From positions 186,001 through 250,000 of the forward strand of contig KZ537960.1 in the NCBI GenBank assembly GCA_000934665.2: DNA of 64,000 bases. Reading direction: 5' to 3'. Shown piece after piece: positions 38,278 to 53,200 of this stretch; position 1 is the stretch's first letter, and each line of letters opens with the position of its first letter. Below the pieces are notes generated by a model. The model worked only from the letters and a program-made list of their open reading frames with translations. It made no database searches and had not been told where the DNA came from. The position numbers and the translations under genes were made by a program. This DNA is from Catajapyx aquilonaris. Taxonomy: Eukaryota.

Positions 38278-41200
38278 ATGGAGAAGGCGGCTGCGGCTGG
38301 GGCGTCCGGGGGACCCGGGCCGCCCCATGCCGTGCCATTTGTGGTGCCCCCGCTGCCCAGGGGCTGCTCACCCAAGATGGTCTTCAGCAACCTGGGAATC
38401 TGCGCTCTGCTACTTGGCTACACCTTACTGGGCGCCTTCCTCTTTCTGGCCATCGAAGGAACTCACAACCATAGACCCAGCCCACCTCCACAACCCAGGA
38501 GGCTCAACGTCACTGCTGCGCAGGTACCCAATGAACGCAGACATAGAAAAATTGTCCCAAGCTTTTGTCCTGCAGTTTGTAGTGAGCGAACATAAATCAT
38601 TCTGACACTCTAATCAGGGTTTGAGCATATACTTGAACGGTGCTTAACAAAGTAGAACTAAAAAAAAAAAAAGGATGGCTCTGAAACATGTAGCGTCGGA
38701 CGGAATTGTTATGCTATCAACAAAATTGCTGCCAGGAGGACAATTCACTTTTAAGTCTTCTTATCGGCTATGTGCCCCTTTTTTGTCCTGGTCTGGAGGG
38801 ACAGGAGTCGCAGGATTCTGTACTGTGTCCAGCCATCCGGACAAACTGGGCGATTCAAGACAATGTTGTTTGGAGCGATTGTGATTTGCCGCTTCTCGAG
38901 TTTCGGATTGAACCAATGCCAAGTGCTGCTCAAGGCGCCTTCTGCATCAGATGGGACGCCCCGCTTTGTTGATGACGTATTCATGAAACTTCCCTAGAGA
39001 TCCTGTCACGCTATGCAACTGTTTAGCAATTGATCTTCAGCAACAGAGAGTAGTCCAACATGGAACGGTGAGGGATAACCCTCCGATACTCCATGGAGCA
39101 CATTTACATTCAATGAATGCCGGTACATCGTAGGGCTCTGTAGTTTGAGGTCTTGATACCAAATAAGTGAGTGAATTAAAACACCGGTAAGCTCTCCCTA
39201 AAATTAATGAGGCGAGTATATCCTCCAGTTATGGGGAAAACTGTTGCTATATTTCTCCCTCCCGGATAGGTTTACTTATTATAATTGGCCTTTCCTCCCA
39301 CCACCGGCCTACACTTTCGCATTTTATTGGCTTAGTTTTATATACAGTCAGCACAGCTGTGGTTGTACGTAACTGCTCATAACTCGGCCAAGTCGCCTGG
39401 TAATTAGCATGGGGCTACTGCTATTAAAATGACAGAAAGAAACGCTGGGGGCGCATCACGTGAGACTCGTTTGTGCAGCTTTACAGCTTACTGGTCACCG
39501 CACACAATGCAATATGCCAGCAGTTGTGGTTTGTCCTTCCGGTCACTTATTCGGGTAATGGATGCAGAATAAAGGGCCCACGCAAAGTAGCCACTGAGCA
39601 TCCCAAGCCCCTCTGCTCATTACTGTTATAGGTGGAGAGCTGGGTGCAGGAGACGCGGAACAGGACAGTGGAAAGCATCTGGGACATCACAGTCAGTCTC
39701 AACATTTTGTATGGAGAGAATTGGACCAGACTGGCCACCTCGGAGATACTCAAGTTCCAAGACTTTTTGATCGAGCGACTCAGTCAGGAGTTGACCGCAC
39801 CGGTTGAGGTACCAGAACCACCTTTCCAGTGGACATTCGCAAGGGCTTTCCTCTACTCGCTGACCACCCTCACCACCATTGGTAAGTCGCAAATTTTGTC
39901 AAAGAAAGTACGACACTACTTTCTCGCCTCCAGTGCTCTCAATTACACAGTCTATTAGTGCCCCTTCAACTGTTAGCCATTACTCACTCTGTAGTTAGGT
40001 TGACAAAAAAAAGCCCCATAGGTTTTGTGCCCAAAAACTTTCAGATGCATTTAAAATATTCACAGTGCATCCGGCTGGAAATGGCTACAATTTCATTGCT
40101 CATACTTCCTGTCATGGTCTGTGGGGCGGTGGGTGGGATGATTCTTAGTTGCACATTGCGGTCCCCTTCCTGCACTTTATATTTTTTTTGAACATTTTCG
40201 GAAGCCTTGTTTCTCTTTGGTCGAGTCATTTTCCGCCAGATTTACGACGCTATTTGTATCCACGAGTTTTTGGGGGGCTGGTGATTAACTATGCTCAGAG
40301 TTCATTCACGTTCAAAAGTCCGTTTTTTTGTTCGTATTTCCACACCCTTTTATAAAAAGAATTTACAGTATGTGTCCGGCAATTTTGCACATCTGTATTA
40401 TTTTCAAAAAAATTTCAAAAAATATATAGAGACAGCACTTGAGGCACTTTTGGTCTCGAACTACGGCAATGTGCGTCTACAAAATCCACTTTCCTGCGCA
40501 AAAGTGTGGTAAGCGGTTGACATAGAGTGAGGCTTGATTGACGGTCTGTCTTTCAGTCCAAAATGGGTCTAATGGACTTTCTGGCATGGGTTAAAAATTG
40601 GCCTCCAGTGACCCGAGTTGGTGCGGGCGGTTAGGTGGTCGGGGAGGGGGTATATCCGAAACGGTACGGTACCAAAAGTTGGCCTCTTTTCTCCCCTACG
40701 CTCGTTCCATCATTTTTAATTAATTTTTAGCCCAAGTTGCGCCTTCTTTGAGCGGTTTCACGTTCCGTCATACACGGACATATCCTGAAATACTTTCTTC
40801 CACCCCCCACCCCTGTTACCATAGCCTAAGTAATAAAACGCCTTCACGACCAAACTTTGTGAGAGCAAACTCCTTGGAAAATTCTTTCTTTTTTAATCCC
40901 AGGCTCTTAATTAAAGCTGCGTTTGGAAAAGAAACGATGAACTGGGCAACGGAGCGTTAATTACAATGCACCCGATGGAGGTTTCAGCATTTCGGCACTC
41001 AAATTTACGACGTCTCCGATTGCTCAAGTATTTCAAAGGAAGGAAAATGGCGGGAAAAAAACAAGACAAAGGAAAAAATGGGGTCTGGAGCCAAAATGGA
41101 GTCACCCCCTCGGGTATCCAAAAAGATGCCTTTCCTAAACTTTCTTTTACGATGGAAAGACCGTTACCCGGATGAAGAACTCGGCCCAGCTAATTTTATG

Positions 41201-44200
41201 GACGCCGCCACATTGGCTATTTTTTTTTTATATGCCCCGCCTCGAAAAAAATTTGGGTGGGCAGGCCTTATGCCCACTATTGTTGTTATAAGAGAGCTAA
41301 TAACACGTTCATGGCTAATGCAGTGCTAAGAAGGGAAGGGTTTTATTGTAGAAGATGAAGGCGGGGCCGTTCCCGCAGGTGTCTTATTACGACTTTTTGA
41401 TCGGATTTTAGGGATGATAGCACGCCTATTTTGCTCCTGGCAAGTAGATAAATTGGTGATGGGGCCCTACTAACTACTTCTTCAGAAGCAGGGATGCCAA
41501 CCTGGCACATTTTTTAAGGAGAAAAGCTTATCCTGACTATTCAGAACAACCCGCCTGTCTCCTGTGTACAGCAGGTTGCGTTTCTACCACCAGGGGTACC
41601 ACCTGGAAGAGCGGCAACCCGCCACACAGAAAAGAGAGTCAGGTTACCTTGAATAGTCAGGATGAACCTCCCTTTTTTGTTTCATTTCTCCAGCGAGTTC
41701 CGCATTGCAAAAATAACTCTTCTCAGACTAATCTGCACAGAAAAAGTTGGACGACAAGGAATCTTCACAACAACTCAGTTCTCACGTTTCTAATTCCAAG
41801 GCATGGTTGGAGTTTGTACACATAAAAAAAATAGAGAGGAACTTGGCTCCAAGCGGGTGAAATATTATCTGGTGAGGCAGAAGCAAGACACACTGCAACA
41901 TGGCTGCTGGATTAGCAGCTTCCTGGAGTTCATTGTAGGCAGTCGGGCACTTCCATCTGTTGTCGGTGGATTTGGACCAGGAGCCTCCCTTAGATTTATT
42001 CTCGTAAACAAGGCTGGTCCAGGAGGAGGGCCTTCTAATACCCGGATGATAAATCCGGAAGGGGCGGAATTGGATCCGGCTGGGGAGAGATAAATACTCC
42101 TTTTCCGGCGCTACTCGCCGCTCGCATTTGTTCTAGGATATAGAGAGAAAACTTTTAGTTTCAAACGCCATTTTGATGACATACCTACATTTTTATTAAG
42201 GAACCTACAGCGATTTATCCAAATTTGATTAATAATCTAGTTGGCTGAGAGATGGACCTAACCTAACCTAACCTAACCTAACCTAACCTAACCTAACCTA
42301 TAATAAGGATTGTTGGATGATTGTGTCAATTGGATTTTCTATGCTTACGGACCTAGTACGTTGCAATATTAAACTGTAACTGTATATTTTTAAAAATATT
42401 TAGGTTGGCACAAAGTTTCTGTGCCACGTTGGCAGATTTTTTTTACACCACACTGGCAACGCCGGCTTACTGCACCGTTAGGGAGAGCTTCAGCCATCTC
42501 TTCCATCCATTTGAAACACCTTCTCCGCCATTCCGAGGCCTTCAAGCGGGAATAGCCTTTATGAACCCAACAGAGATACTCTCAAATCCGATTTCAAATC
42601 TCTTTTTCTTAGTAAGGGCCTCCTCTTTCTTTCTTTTTTTTCCCACCCCTTCCATTCCTTTCACTTGTATGAAGCTCGCAGTAGGATGGAAGCGGCAGGA
42701 GGCGGCCGTAAGATTTCATTTTCTATTACCTAGCAAGAACAGCGTACTTAACTTTTTGCTTCCAACCTGTTAATGGGCTGAGGTTGTGCTTTAAAGGGAG
42801 CCTCAAAAAGTAAGCAGATTTTTGTTTGAAACGGACGCTAGTGGTTGTTTTCCTGGGGGGTAACCGCATGTGTTCTGCTTAAGTCAGACCCTATAATTTT
42901 CGGGGCAGGTATGAAACAACTAGGGCGCGACATGTCGCTCCAGCGACAGTTACGGTGACGGCCATTACGGCATTCATGATGCCATCAACATTTACTTCCT
43001 TTTTATATGGGCGGAACTAGGTTCTCGTCTGGTTATCGTGCCCGTACCTTCTATTTTATTGCGTTACCGTATAACCTACCTTGCAGTGTGATGCAAACGA
43101 GCAAGGGGATGAAGCCAACAGAAATAGTAACATATAGATCTGCCATTAAAATACAACTGGGGTAGTGCAGTATTTTCGATTTTATGGAGTCTCTTGCTGC
43201 ATGCACAGACGAAATTTCAGTAACGAAGATGGGAGGACGTGTCCTGTTTAAAATCTATTCATTAGTTGGTCTAATGGTGGCGGTGGGGGTTGGGCTTGCC
43301 CCTTCACCCAGAAAGCCCCGGGCTGTAAAAGGCATTAAAGGGACCGACCGTACAAATGTACATTTTTTTTACAACGCTCGGAAGCTTGTTGAACGCCCAA
43401 AAATTGTTTAGTATTCCTCTGTTGTATGGTACTCTGCCGTATATCTTCAAAAAAAGTTTGCACATAAACGGTGAATGACTTTTTAGGCTGAGCCAAATCG
43501 TCGCATTAAGGCTCCCGAAATCTCAAGGGAGGTGCCTAAATGTCGGCCTGTTGCTTCTTCTTCTTCTTCCCTTGGTCGCCACCTGATCCTTTCTAGCAAC
43601 CTCAACCGACGTAATGATTTGTTTGTGCCCAAGCAAAGTAATTAGCCTGGTTGCATCGTTTGGCATCAAAAGCTGGCAGAAACCCGATTTTAATCCAAAC
43701 GTACAACAATATTCACATGCTAAAGGGTTTGCCATATGCATTCATTGCTGCGTTCATCACAAATTAGTCCCTTTGTACTAATATTTCACATTTTTTTTTT
43801 GTCTCTGAGAGCGCACTGCAATATTGACTGTACTTGCAATGTCCGGACGGCCTGGTAATTAACGGGCGCAAACAGTTTATCAGTTTCATTCGCAAATGCA
43901 AAGTCACTCCCCTGCAGTGAGTCAAACCTGGTCCACTTTTGAAACCCCATGCTGTGCTGGTTCCCGTGTAAACTTTGCGCCCTGCATAGTACAAGTTGGA
44001 TTTAGAAACCTAGCCAACCAACCCACAGCAAGTATACTTGTGAAAACCTCATGCACTGCAAGTTTGCTCTGGAAACATCCAGCTTTACAGATCACACGAA
44101 TACAAACTTCTTAATTAGCAGTGCATTTTTTTTTTACATTGTTACATATCCTACTGCATGTCTGTTGGTTCTATATTGCGTGACTGAGGCTGGGGGTACA

Positions 44201-47200
44201 TGGCACCGACCAAGGACTAGATAAAGCAACCCTCTCCATTTCCCAGCACTCAGTTAGCAAGAGATGAATGCCAGAATAATTAAACAACTCCTCATCTCCG
44301 GTGGACCGGACCACGTAAGCTGCGCATATACACAGTACAATAGCTGGCAAGAAGCGCCTTGGGTTCAGCACCGAAATAAACCCTACCCGTCTAAAAGTTT
44401 CAGCTGTACCTTCCATAAACTCAAAGTACCCCCTTCAGCAAGGGTGTTGTTATTTAACTTGTCTCATAAAGCAGAACTGCAGGGGCCTTATTGCTGCGGG
44501 AGGCTGGTGGAGGTGCGAGAGAAGAAGTAGACAGTATTTTGCCAAGAATAGCTGTGGAACCAGTCTGAGAAACAAAGCATACAATTTGTACAGGATTGTG
44601 AATAGTGAAGGGAATGGGTTCCTGCCCTCTGACCTGTGCCTTGACTGGGGTTGAGGATCGATATGAAGCCACACTTTGGCATGGCGGGCGTTTTGCAAAA
44701 CTGGCACCCCCCAGCTCTCCCCTTCCTCCCACCCGGAGGAAGGAAGGGTGAAGAGTAGATGGCCCGCAATGCGGCCACCCTCTCTGCCTGTATACGCTTC
44801 CAGTACACTCAACCGAAAGAGTCAACGATTGCAACGGGCAACGAACTTGGCATCCCTGCCGGCCATTGGCATTGGCCCCATTGACACAGCCCAGGGCTAG
44901 ACCCAACATTTGGATCTAGCCAAACCCAGACCCTGGAAAATGGAGGAATTCTGTTGGCACTGGAAATGGCATACATTGTAACAAACAGCGCCATCTACCA
45001 ATAAACTCTTTCCAACGCCGCACGTACCGAAAGAACCAGCAATAATGTACTTTTAAAAACCTCAGTTTCCATTGTAGTGTCAATCTGCATCAGGTCATTG
45101 TCACAATAAGCAGTGTTGCTTCCCTGTATCGAGTCTCCAGAAATGTTCACACGTGACTGTGGGCGAGGCAAGATGGCTCCTAGAACGGGACCCTGCGGCC
45201 TCGGATAGCCGTGCTTCATTCCGCGCTTCCGACTTAATGCTCATTAGGAGCCCACTCAAACGACTTTTGCACTTGAAAGACCAGGGCTAGGTACTCTGCA
45301 GCCAGTGAGGAGCTCTTAGGAAGGGTAATTCGCCATCGATGTTATCTGGACTCCCTCAGTGTACCACCTCTTTTTTTTGTGGTGGTGGTGGTGGTGGGGG
45401 GGGGGGGNAATACACCATTTTTCTTACTCCTAAGTTTGACAAGGATTTATTGCTTGTGTACCACCAAATTTTCAATGAATATTCACACCGCATTAATTCG
45501 CATACCAACTTCAGTGGTCTCCAGCCTGTAAATAATACTGCACCAAATTCTTCAATGGATATACCAGTCGCATCACATGTTCATCCAAGCTCCGATATAC
45601 ACCGATTTGTCTTCAATACGCCCCGGAAGCCGATTCATTAGTTACTAACGACCACGTTACACGAGCCGGCAAAGCCGGAATTGGTTTTACGAATTTGCGC
45701 CGCATTATTATTACAACAGATAGTGGTGCAAAGTAACTCCTCAATTTGACCAATTTTCCAGGTGAACTGATATTCCACAGGATGGTGGGGGTGTATGGAT
45801 TAATCAGTGACGTACCTAAATTACCCCCTGGTTCTCCCCAGCAGGCGCGTTCATCAACAGCACGCGGACAAAACCCCCTCTTTTTTTTACCCTGTAGCTG
45901 TCAGAATCCGTTGCCTTTCATCACGGATATAGCATCAGAGGCATTACCCTTTAATAAGGTAACCCGGTCCAGCGAAAACAAAACAGTGCGTAACAAATCT
46001 GCGGTAAAATTGCAGTATGCGAAGCTAATCACTTTACTGTGGCTTTTGTACTAAAATGCAGTTACGTAATCATATTTTAACTGATATTAAAAACGGCTCG
46101 GGCTATTGTGTTACTTATAACCCAAGCCGCGATTCTAGAATCGGTTATTGTCTAGGGTATAGTGCATTGCAAAACGGACCATTACAACCTGTTGGATACA
46201 AATTGGCGCATTCCCGTGCGAATTTCACCATCCGTCTGCCTGGGAATGGCTCTCCAATTAACTTAAGTGATAAGCAGTCCCTTTAAAAGTGAAAGGCACT
46301 GGGATCAAATCAACACTTTGCTAGAGCAATAGCGTCGACATTAAAATCAAGCGATGTTAGTTGGAGGAATATTCACTGGAATATTTGTGTAGGGCACAAA
46401 TTGCATCAAATATTTCAGTGTTGATTTCCCTACCGGATATAGGCAGTACCAGTACATGAATAACTCAAACAGGGTCGAAGATATAGTTACGAGGCCCTGT
46501 TCAATCCAAACAGCACGGTTCAGACAATGTCAAAGGAAAATATAGGTAAGCCACAGACCCCGTGTATTCGAATTCGAGCAAACCTAGCGAAGAAAAGCGC
46601 CCCTTTTCCAAGTCCTTACTCCAGGAATGGTGGAAGGGAAATGACAAAAAAAAAAGAGAAAAAAAAATCCCCGTCGCTTTTATTGCTTGCGGCTCCTATT
46701 CAAGTCTCCTCGGCAGGAAGCTTATATTGTGAAAGGATCTAAACTTTCCAATCGTCGTCACTGGAGCGAAAAACATATCCGCAGGGGTTGTTCCTCAGAT
46801 GTCCAAAGTCAACCGGGCGCACCCTTCTAGGCATGCACTTGTTTTTGGTGTTCCTTTGGGGACCAGTTGGCATGGGAGTTATCCCCACTCTTTCTACCCT
46901 CCAGCGACTGTCCTGGACTGTCACCCCCATTCCTCCTCCTCCTCCCTACCTGACACCCCCCTCTTCCCATCTGCCAACTCTCAAATCCCTAGGGGCCATC
47001 AAACGTCCGCCCAACGTCAGAATGACGTCGTTAGTGTCCACCTCACCACCCTTATGACCGACGTTAGCTTCCCACCCCCACGACACGCAGTCCTCACAGA
47101 TTCTTTCCGTCTCTTCCTTTTTCCTCCAGGGAATCCGTAGTATCGACCAAAAATGGCGCCATTAAAAATATTGAAACCAGATATACTGACAATATTCTTA

Positions 47201-50200
47201 AAACTGGCCCTATAGTGATAATTTAACAGAATAAACAAAAAGTTTTTAACTACCTCATCTGAGGAGGTCAATCACGCCTCAGTTAGCTTCTAGCACCTTA
47301 CTACTACCGGACTCATATTGATTCGAAACACGCCCACACCAAGCTTAAGCCGCCCCTCCTGTAAGAAATTTGGAGGAAAGCTTCGGCCAGAAGGATTTGA
47401 GCGTCCTCACAAGTCAATATTATGACAAGCTGGATAGCTTCGGGAATCTGCCCAGCACCTCTCAGAGCTATGTCATTAGCCGTTACGATCGGGGGTGGGT
47501 CTTGGAAAAATGTGTTAGAAGTCATCAGCAACCTATCAGCTGGTGGTAAAAAGGATCACGCAAATAATATTTAACGTCTTCGAGCTTATTGGAACTCGGG
47601 CTTACAAGGTGCGTCCACAGAATTTTTAAACAGCGTAGCCAAACATATAGTCAAAATTTTCAGCCATTTTCCAAATTTTGTGATTTTTCCTCCTCATAAT
47701 ATGCGCAATATGACTGAAACTTGCATTATGGGATATGTGTGTACAGCTAATTCACATGTATAGCATTTCCCTCACCTCATAGCAGCCTGTCACACCCCTG
47801 CTGGTAATGTTATTTAATTGTTGAGCCGCATGAGCACGTAGCATGTGCTAAACCCTAATGTTATGACACGCACAGCTTGTTGGATTTCAGTTGAAATTCC
47901 TTTTACAGCGTACCAGTGTAGAGGGTAGCTGTAATTAATTGCCGGCATTCTTGGGTAGATTGGGAGATAGCGTCCATTTTTGGGTTGAACACGGATACCT
48001 TTTTAATCAACAATGCTGATCCAGATTGGTTACCAGCCTCTGAACATAAAGAAGATGATAGAAAATTAGGTCGCTGTTGACTTATAAAAGAATGCCCGAG
48101 GGCCGAAGCATTAGTCCGGAAATTTCAAAAAAAAATCCATGAGTTTAATATTGGGTAAATATTAAAGCATCCAGTTGAGTTCCTGCCAAGAACACCAGCA
48201 GACTCGGCGCCAGTTGGTTACCCTGGGCAATATTGGCTGCTTTCATATCAAGAATCGGCAGGTATATGGCCAAATTCGTTGTAAATAGAGGAGGAAAATA
48301 TAATTTTTTAGGATAGGAAGCGGATATTCACAATCGATAATTTTTGTGCAAGGTTTACCAAGACCTTGCGAAAATAGGATCTTCTCTGAAATCCTCTGGG
48401 CCAATAACCAACATTGACAGCCTGGGTGTTGGCATAAATGGCGCCAATATTCTGTCAAAAGCATCAAATGGTGCGAAAACAGCCAAAATGTCACAACCAG
48501 ATGACACAAACCCAATAGAGGATTATCTTTGTCTATGCACATATTTGACACATGAATTAGAACATGTTGTGTAGACCTTGGGTAAAATCATCAGTTAGCA
48601 AAGCAGTTGTGTTACCCTATATGATTCGGAGTCCAAATAATATTATTACAATGTGGCATCCCTTGGGGCTGTCTAATTATCCAAATGAGCAAGCAAATAC
48701 TTAGCAACATTTCATCTCCATGAGTTGATACAGAGTTCCTCTGAAGTTAGGTCACTCGGCTTGCGGTCCAAAATCTTAGAAACGTCAATGGTCTACAGGG
48801 CACTATTTGCCTTAAGCTACAAACAGCTCGGCACTCACAAGATAAGCATACTGTAAACGGCAAACTGTCAAAGGGGAAGGTGATTGGTTTGCATTGGTTA
48901 GAGTGGTTCGCCTTAGTGATTGTTTGTATACTGTAAACTGCAACATTGTGTTTCTTTTGCATACAACAAAGGGTAGTTGTTTAGAGCATTGTAATGCAAA
49001 GCAATTATCTTCAGCAATTAGGTGTTTTACTCTAGAGTGCATGCTTATTTTATAAATATGCAGCGGTTATGTAAATATTCCTGCATTTTCAGTAATTAGT
49101 TAATGGCTTTACTATAAGGCATATACGAAGCTGTAGTATGTGCATCTTTTAATCGAATATGCACACTCAGTGCTATTTCTACTCATGCGGGTAACCCGCA
49201 CAATATAACTGATTACCCAACTTTCACGAGTTTCTCAGTTAATCAATAACAGCTTTCAGAGTTAAACCACAACTTTTTTAAAAAAATATCATTGGTTTTG
49301 ATGCACTGAAAGTACTGCATGTGGCATTGACTAAATCACTTACAGGTATATAATAGCATGTACTGTACAGTGCTGCAATATTCATTGCATATCCTCTCTT
49401 ACATTTAATTTTATATTTGGTTTTCCATCGTATGACTCACGCTCATTTGAATAATTCATCATTGGTTCAGCATGTTGGTCACAATATTTCAATTTACCGA
49501 ATCGACGCGTCATATGTCCAAACGTCATTCGGAAAACCCTCACGCTGTGAAACAACAAAATTCATTATTTTCATGTACGACCTTATGTGATCATTTTGTT
49601 GTCACCCTATGTCAGTTATGTCATTTAGAGAGAAAAAAATTCGCAGGTCGTTGAGAGAAAGTCAAAATTTTCGTATAGTTATGCAAATGAATATTTTGGT
49701 CTTTCTAAAGGGAAGTATATACTTCTCCTGTAGAATAATTTAGCTCGACAGAAGGGTTAATTACGTCAAGCCAAAATATTAAAAGCGTCCCAAGTTTTCC
49801 GCCTGCTTCTGACATAACCACATCTGCGAGTTCCTATGCACTTTAACAGGAACACATGCATTTGCTCGTAAAACTTTCCTCTTTTTTTTTATAAGCCTCC
49901 AGTTTCGGTGTTAGAATACCAAAATGGAAACCGCAATTGGATACTTTCCATTGGAGGGGAATATAAAAACTTGTTCCACTCCAAACAAAATTATTCAACA
50001 ACCTAAAACTCGCGGTGGGCAGGAACCTTGTACACTATATATTCCAAGTCGAAGGTAACTGTACCCGCACATCACAAATTGTGCCATATCTCACTCTGGT
50101 CAATGCTGGTTCTGGGGGGTGCTGGAAATATAAACAACTCGGGAAGAAAGATGCGCAACAAATACTGCTCTGGTAACCTAACCACGAAATGACCATTCGG

Positions 50201-53200
50201 GGAATTGTCTGCACTGTAGCTAGATGAACAATTTATATGGGAAAAAACAATGGCGTAGTTATGCATAATTTTTTGAGAAATGTGTGTAAAGGAAAATGGT
50301 CCAAACCGTTCTGTACGAATCGGTGAAATTTTGTGAGCTTTAACACCGACCTATATATCTAATTGCAGGCTTGGCTTCTGTGTCAACGAGACCATAAAAT
50401 CCTCTTATGCAAAAACAATATATTTAAATGCTAAATCCATTGGTGCAAAACGCTTGATTCCCCAAGTTCCATTCAGTTCACATGAATGGAAGACTCCAAA
50501 CCCCCTCTTTCCCAAATTCAAGGTTTCAATTACAACCACAGGTGTTAAAACCCATTCATGCTGCAAACCCTCTCTTTTAACAAAGGCCAAAATTACCCAA
50601 ATGATTATTGTAATTGAACCGGATAACAAAGGCGCTCTAACACCCCACATATCCGATCAAAAAAAAAAAAGATCTAAGCCCCTCATTGTCCCTCTCAAAA
50701 ATAATACGAACGTGTCTAAAACCGGGTGTAAATAGGTATTGATGAGATGCTAAAATTGGCACTGATCGAAAAGGATCAATTTACAAAATCGGTGCATGTA
50801 AAGGGGAATCCTTGGATGTTTCTGCCACGCTTCCGATAGGGGACACCACTAGGAAAAAAAGGGGGTGCACCCCCCTCTAGACCACCCTTAGGTGGAAGCT
50901 GCCTTTGAAAACCCATTTGGCGTGGAAAAGGCGAGCGTCGAGGGATCGTGAGCCTCTAAAGGCTGCACTTTTCCCCTGGCAAGGAGGCTGGAATTGCCTG
51001 TGGCTTGGGGAGGGTGCTGGAGGCTGCATCTGGCAACGCGACAAGATGGACTCCTACAGAAAACCTTCTTTAAAAAAAAAAAAAAAAAAAAAACTGAAAG
51101 AGAAAGACTCGGCAGGGCAGAAAGCGCCTGTTCGTTTGCAAGACGGGTTGACAGCCACTGGAGGAATTTTGGGACGCAACTCATGCGACCACACCCTAAA
51201 AGAACCCCCAAGCGTTCACTGCAAAAAAAAGTCAGCGAATGAGTACCTAATTTCGTCACAATGCCACAAATGGCTGACTAGAGAAGAGTTTCCTCAGCTG
51301 ACATGAGAGGATTATTCTCATAATAAGCGATGTGCTGGGTGGGGACTTCGCACAAAAGCGGCGCGTTGAAAATCCCCCACGAGATATATGATTTCTAAAA
51401 TTAGCTTGTAACCTAACAATGTAAATGGGATGCGATTCTCTTTGTTCCACAGAAAATCCGTCCTACCCTAATACAGTATAAACCTCTCACAACACGCAAA
51501 TCTTGATTGGATCAACTCTTTGGAGAGAGAAAAATCAATTATGTCTACACAATACAAAAAAACTGGTCTCAGTCATATTTTTTGGTTATCTCTGACTCTG
51601 TTTAATTTGATATGGCACACAGCCCGGGCTTAAAACAATAGCGGGGTCTATCTATAGTTTGGCAGGAACTAAAGCACGCTATAACAATTCACGAAAAAAA
51701 AAGTATATGAGAGAGGGTTGCTAAAATTGTGTACAGGTTTCGGAAAGAATGTTAGTATCGTGATATATCCTGTTTCAGTCAAAAACCACTTTCCCCACCA
51801 AAGCCGCATCAAAGGAACAAGTTCGATTGGCTAGTGTAAAAACTGAGCACAAGTTACGCAGATAAATTCGATCTACATTGTGACAAGTTTCATCACTTGA
51901 ACATGGGAATAAATTCAGCATACGTTTGCAATATGCGGCTACACATATGTCTGATGACACTAATCAAAAATCCAACGAGGTTGTGTAATAACCTAAAGAG
52001 ACGTAGTAAATAGCGTCAAATTTGAACCTTATTGCATATTTTTTTGTGTGCATTAGAGTTGGAATTCCACCAGTCCCTGCAAACTGTTCCACATCGTATT
52101 ATCCGCACGTAATGATATTTTAGGGTTAGAAGTGCCAGACTGCATGTAGGAATCCCTTTAACATCAGTCAGTTTTTTCAACCAAAAAACACGCGGTTTCA
52201 CATAATTAATAATGCACTTTTTCTGGATCCCCCATATTATCGTTCCACGCATCTTTATTGGTTCTCTGTCAATTGCTGGAACAATCAGGGGGACACTTTT
52301 TGAAGCTGTCACACTGACTTATTCCATGCTCCACAGAGCTTCAACATTCCAGCTGTCCGCACTAACTAGGTTTTCCTGAACTATTTATTCAAAACGGGAT
52401 ATGGCAGCAACATGTTGTGACTCATCCGGTATGTTGCGTAATTGAATCCACACTATGCAAAAAAATGCATATGGCAAAGTCTATTAGGTTCATGTTTTAG
52501 AAATACGGATATGACTGAACTTAATGCCAGTGTGATTGAACTTTTGACATTTAATTAATTAATTAATTATTAGCATCTAGTGACATAGAAAGCATTACCA
52601 CTTCCACTTCTACTTTGTTTCATCCTGGCATGATGCAACCCAACGAACATTTTACTCATTTCAACAGCTATGAAGTAAATTATCGCAGGTCGTAAATGGC
52701 GTAACCATTTATTTAACTTATTTGCAGTCCCAAGCGTCCAAAGCATAAGCGACTCCAGCAATGTATCACTGTTGGGACCCCATCAGTATCATGTTTAAGT
52801 GGCCATAATTGCATGACCCCTTATTAAAGCGCGCCAGACGTAACTTAGAAATTCTATTACCGCCATAATTACAGGGGCAATTTGCTGATTCCGGCAGTTT
52901 CGCCCCCCGTTAATAATCCGCACAACTTCTCAGAGCGATGAGCCTGTGTAAATCACCGAAGGGTGCTGCTCTGGTAGAGAGAGGCTGGCCCATAGGGTCA
53001 GCAACTATCTCATTCTTCCCTAATCAATTCACGTTGGGGTCAGTACCAGCTTCTTTACGGGGACTAAGCCTCGTTTAACCTGTTCTAACACCTGCTTAAG
53101 CCGTGTTTGGTAGGGCTTACAACAGGCTTCAATTGAAAGGTACGTGCCATACAGCGTTGTCATTTTACTTAATTAAAACAAGCAATATATTGTTAGAATA

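Noticed and set aside
47950..48290. Possible decayed transposase fragment on the plus strand (…[13 protein letters not shown]…RAEALVRKF…EFN)
   Set aside because: Interrupted by stops, and the resemblance is only impressionistic. A blastx/HMM hit would be needed.
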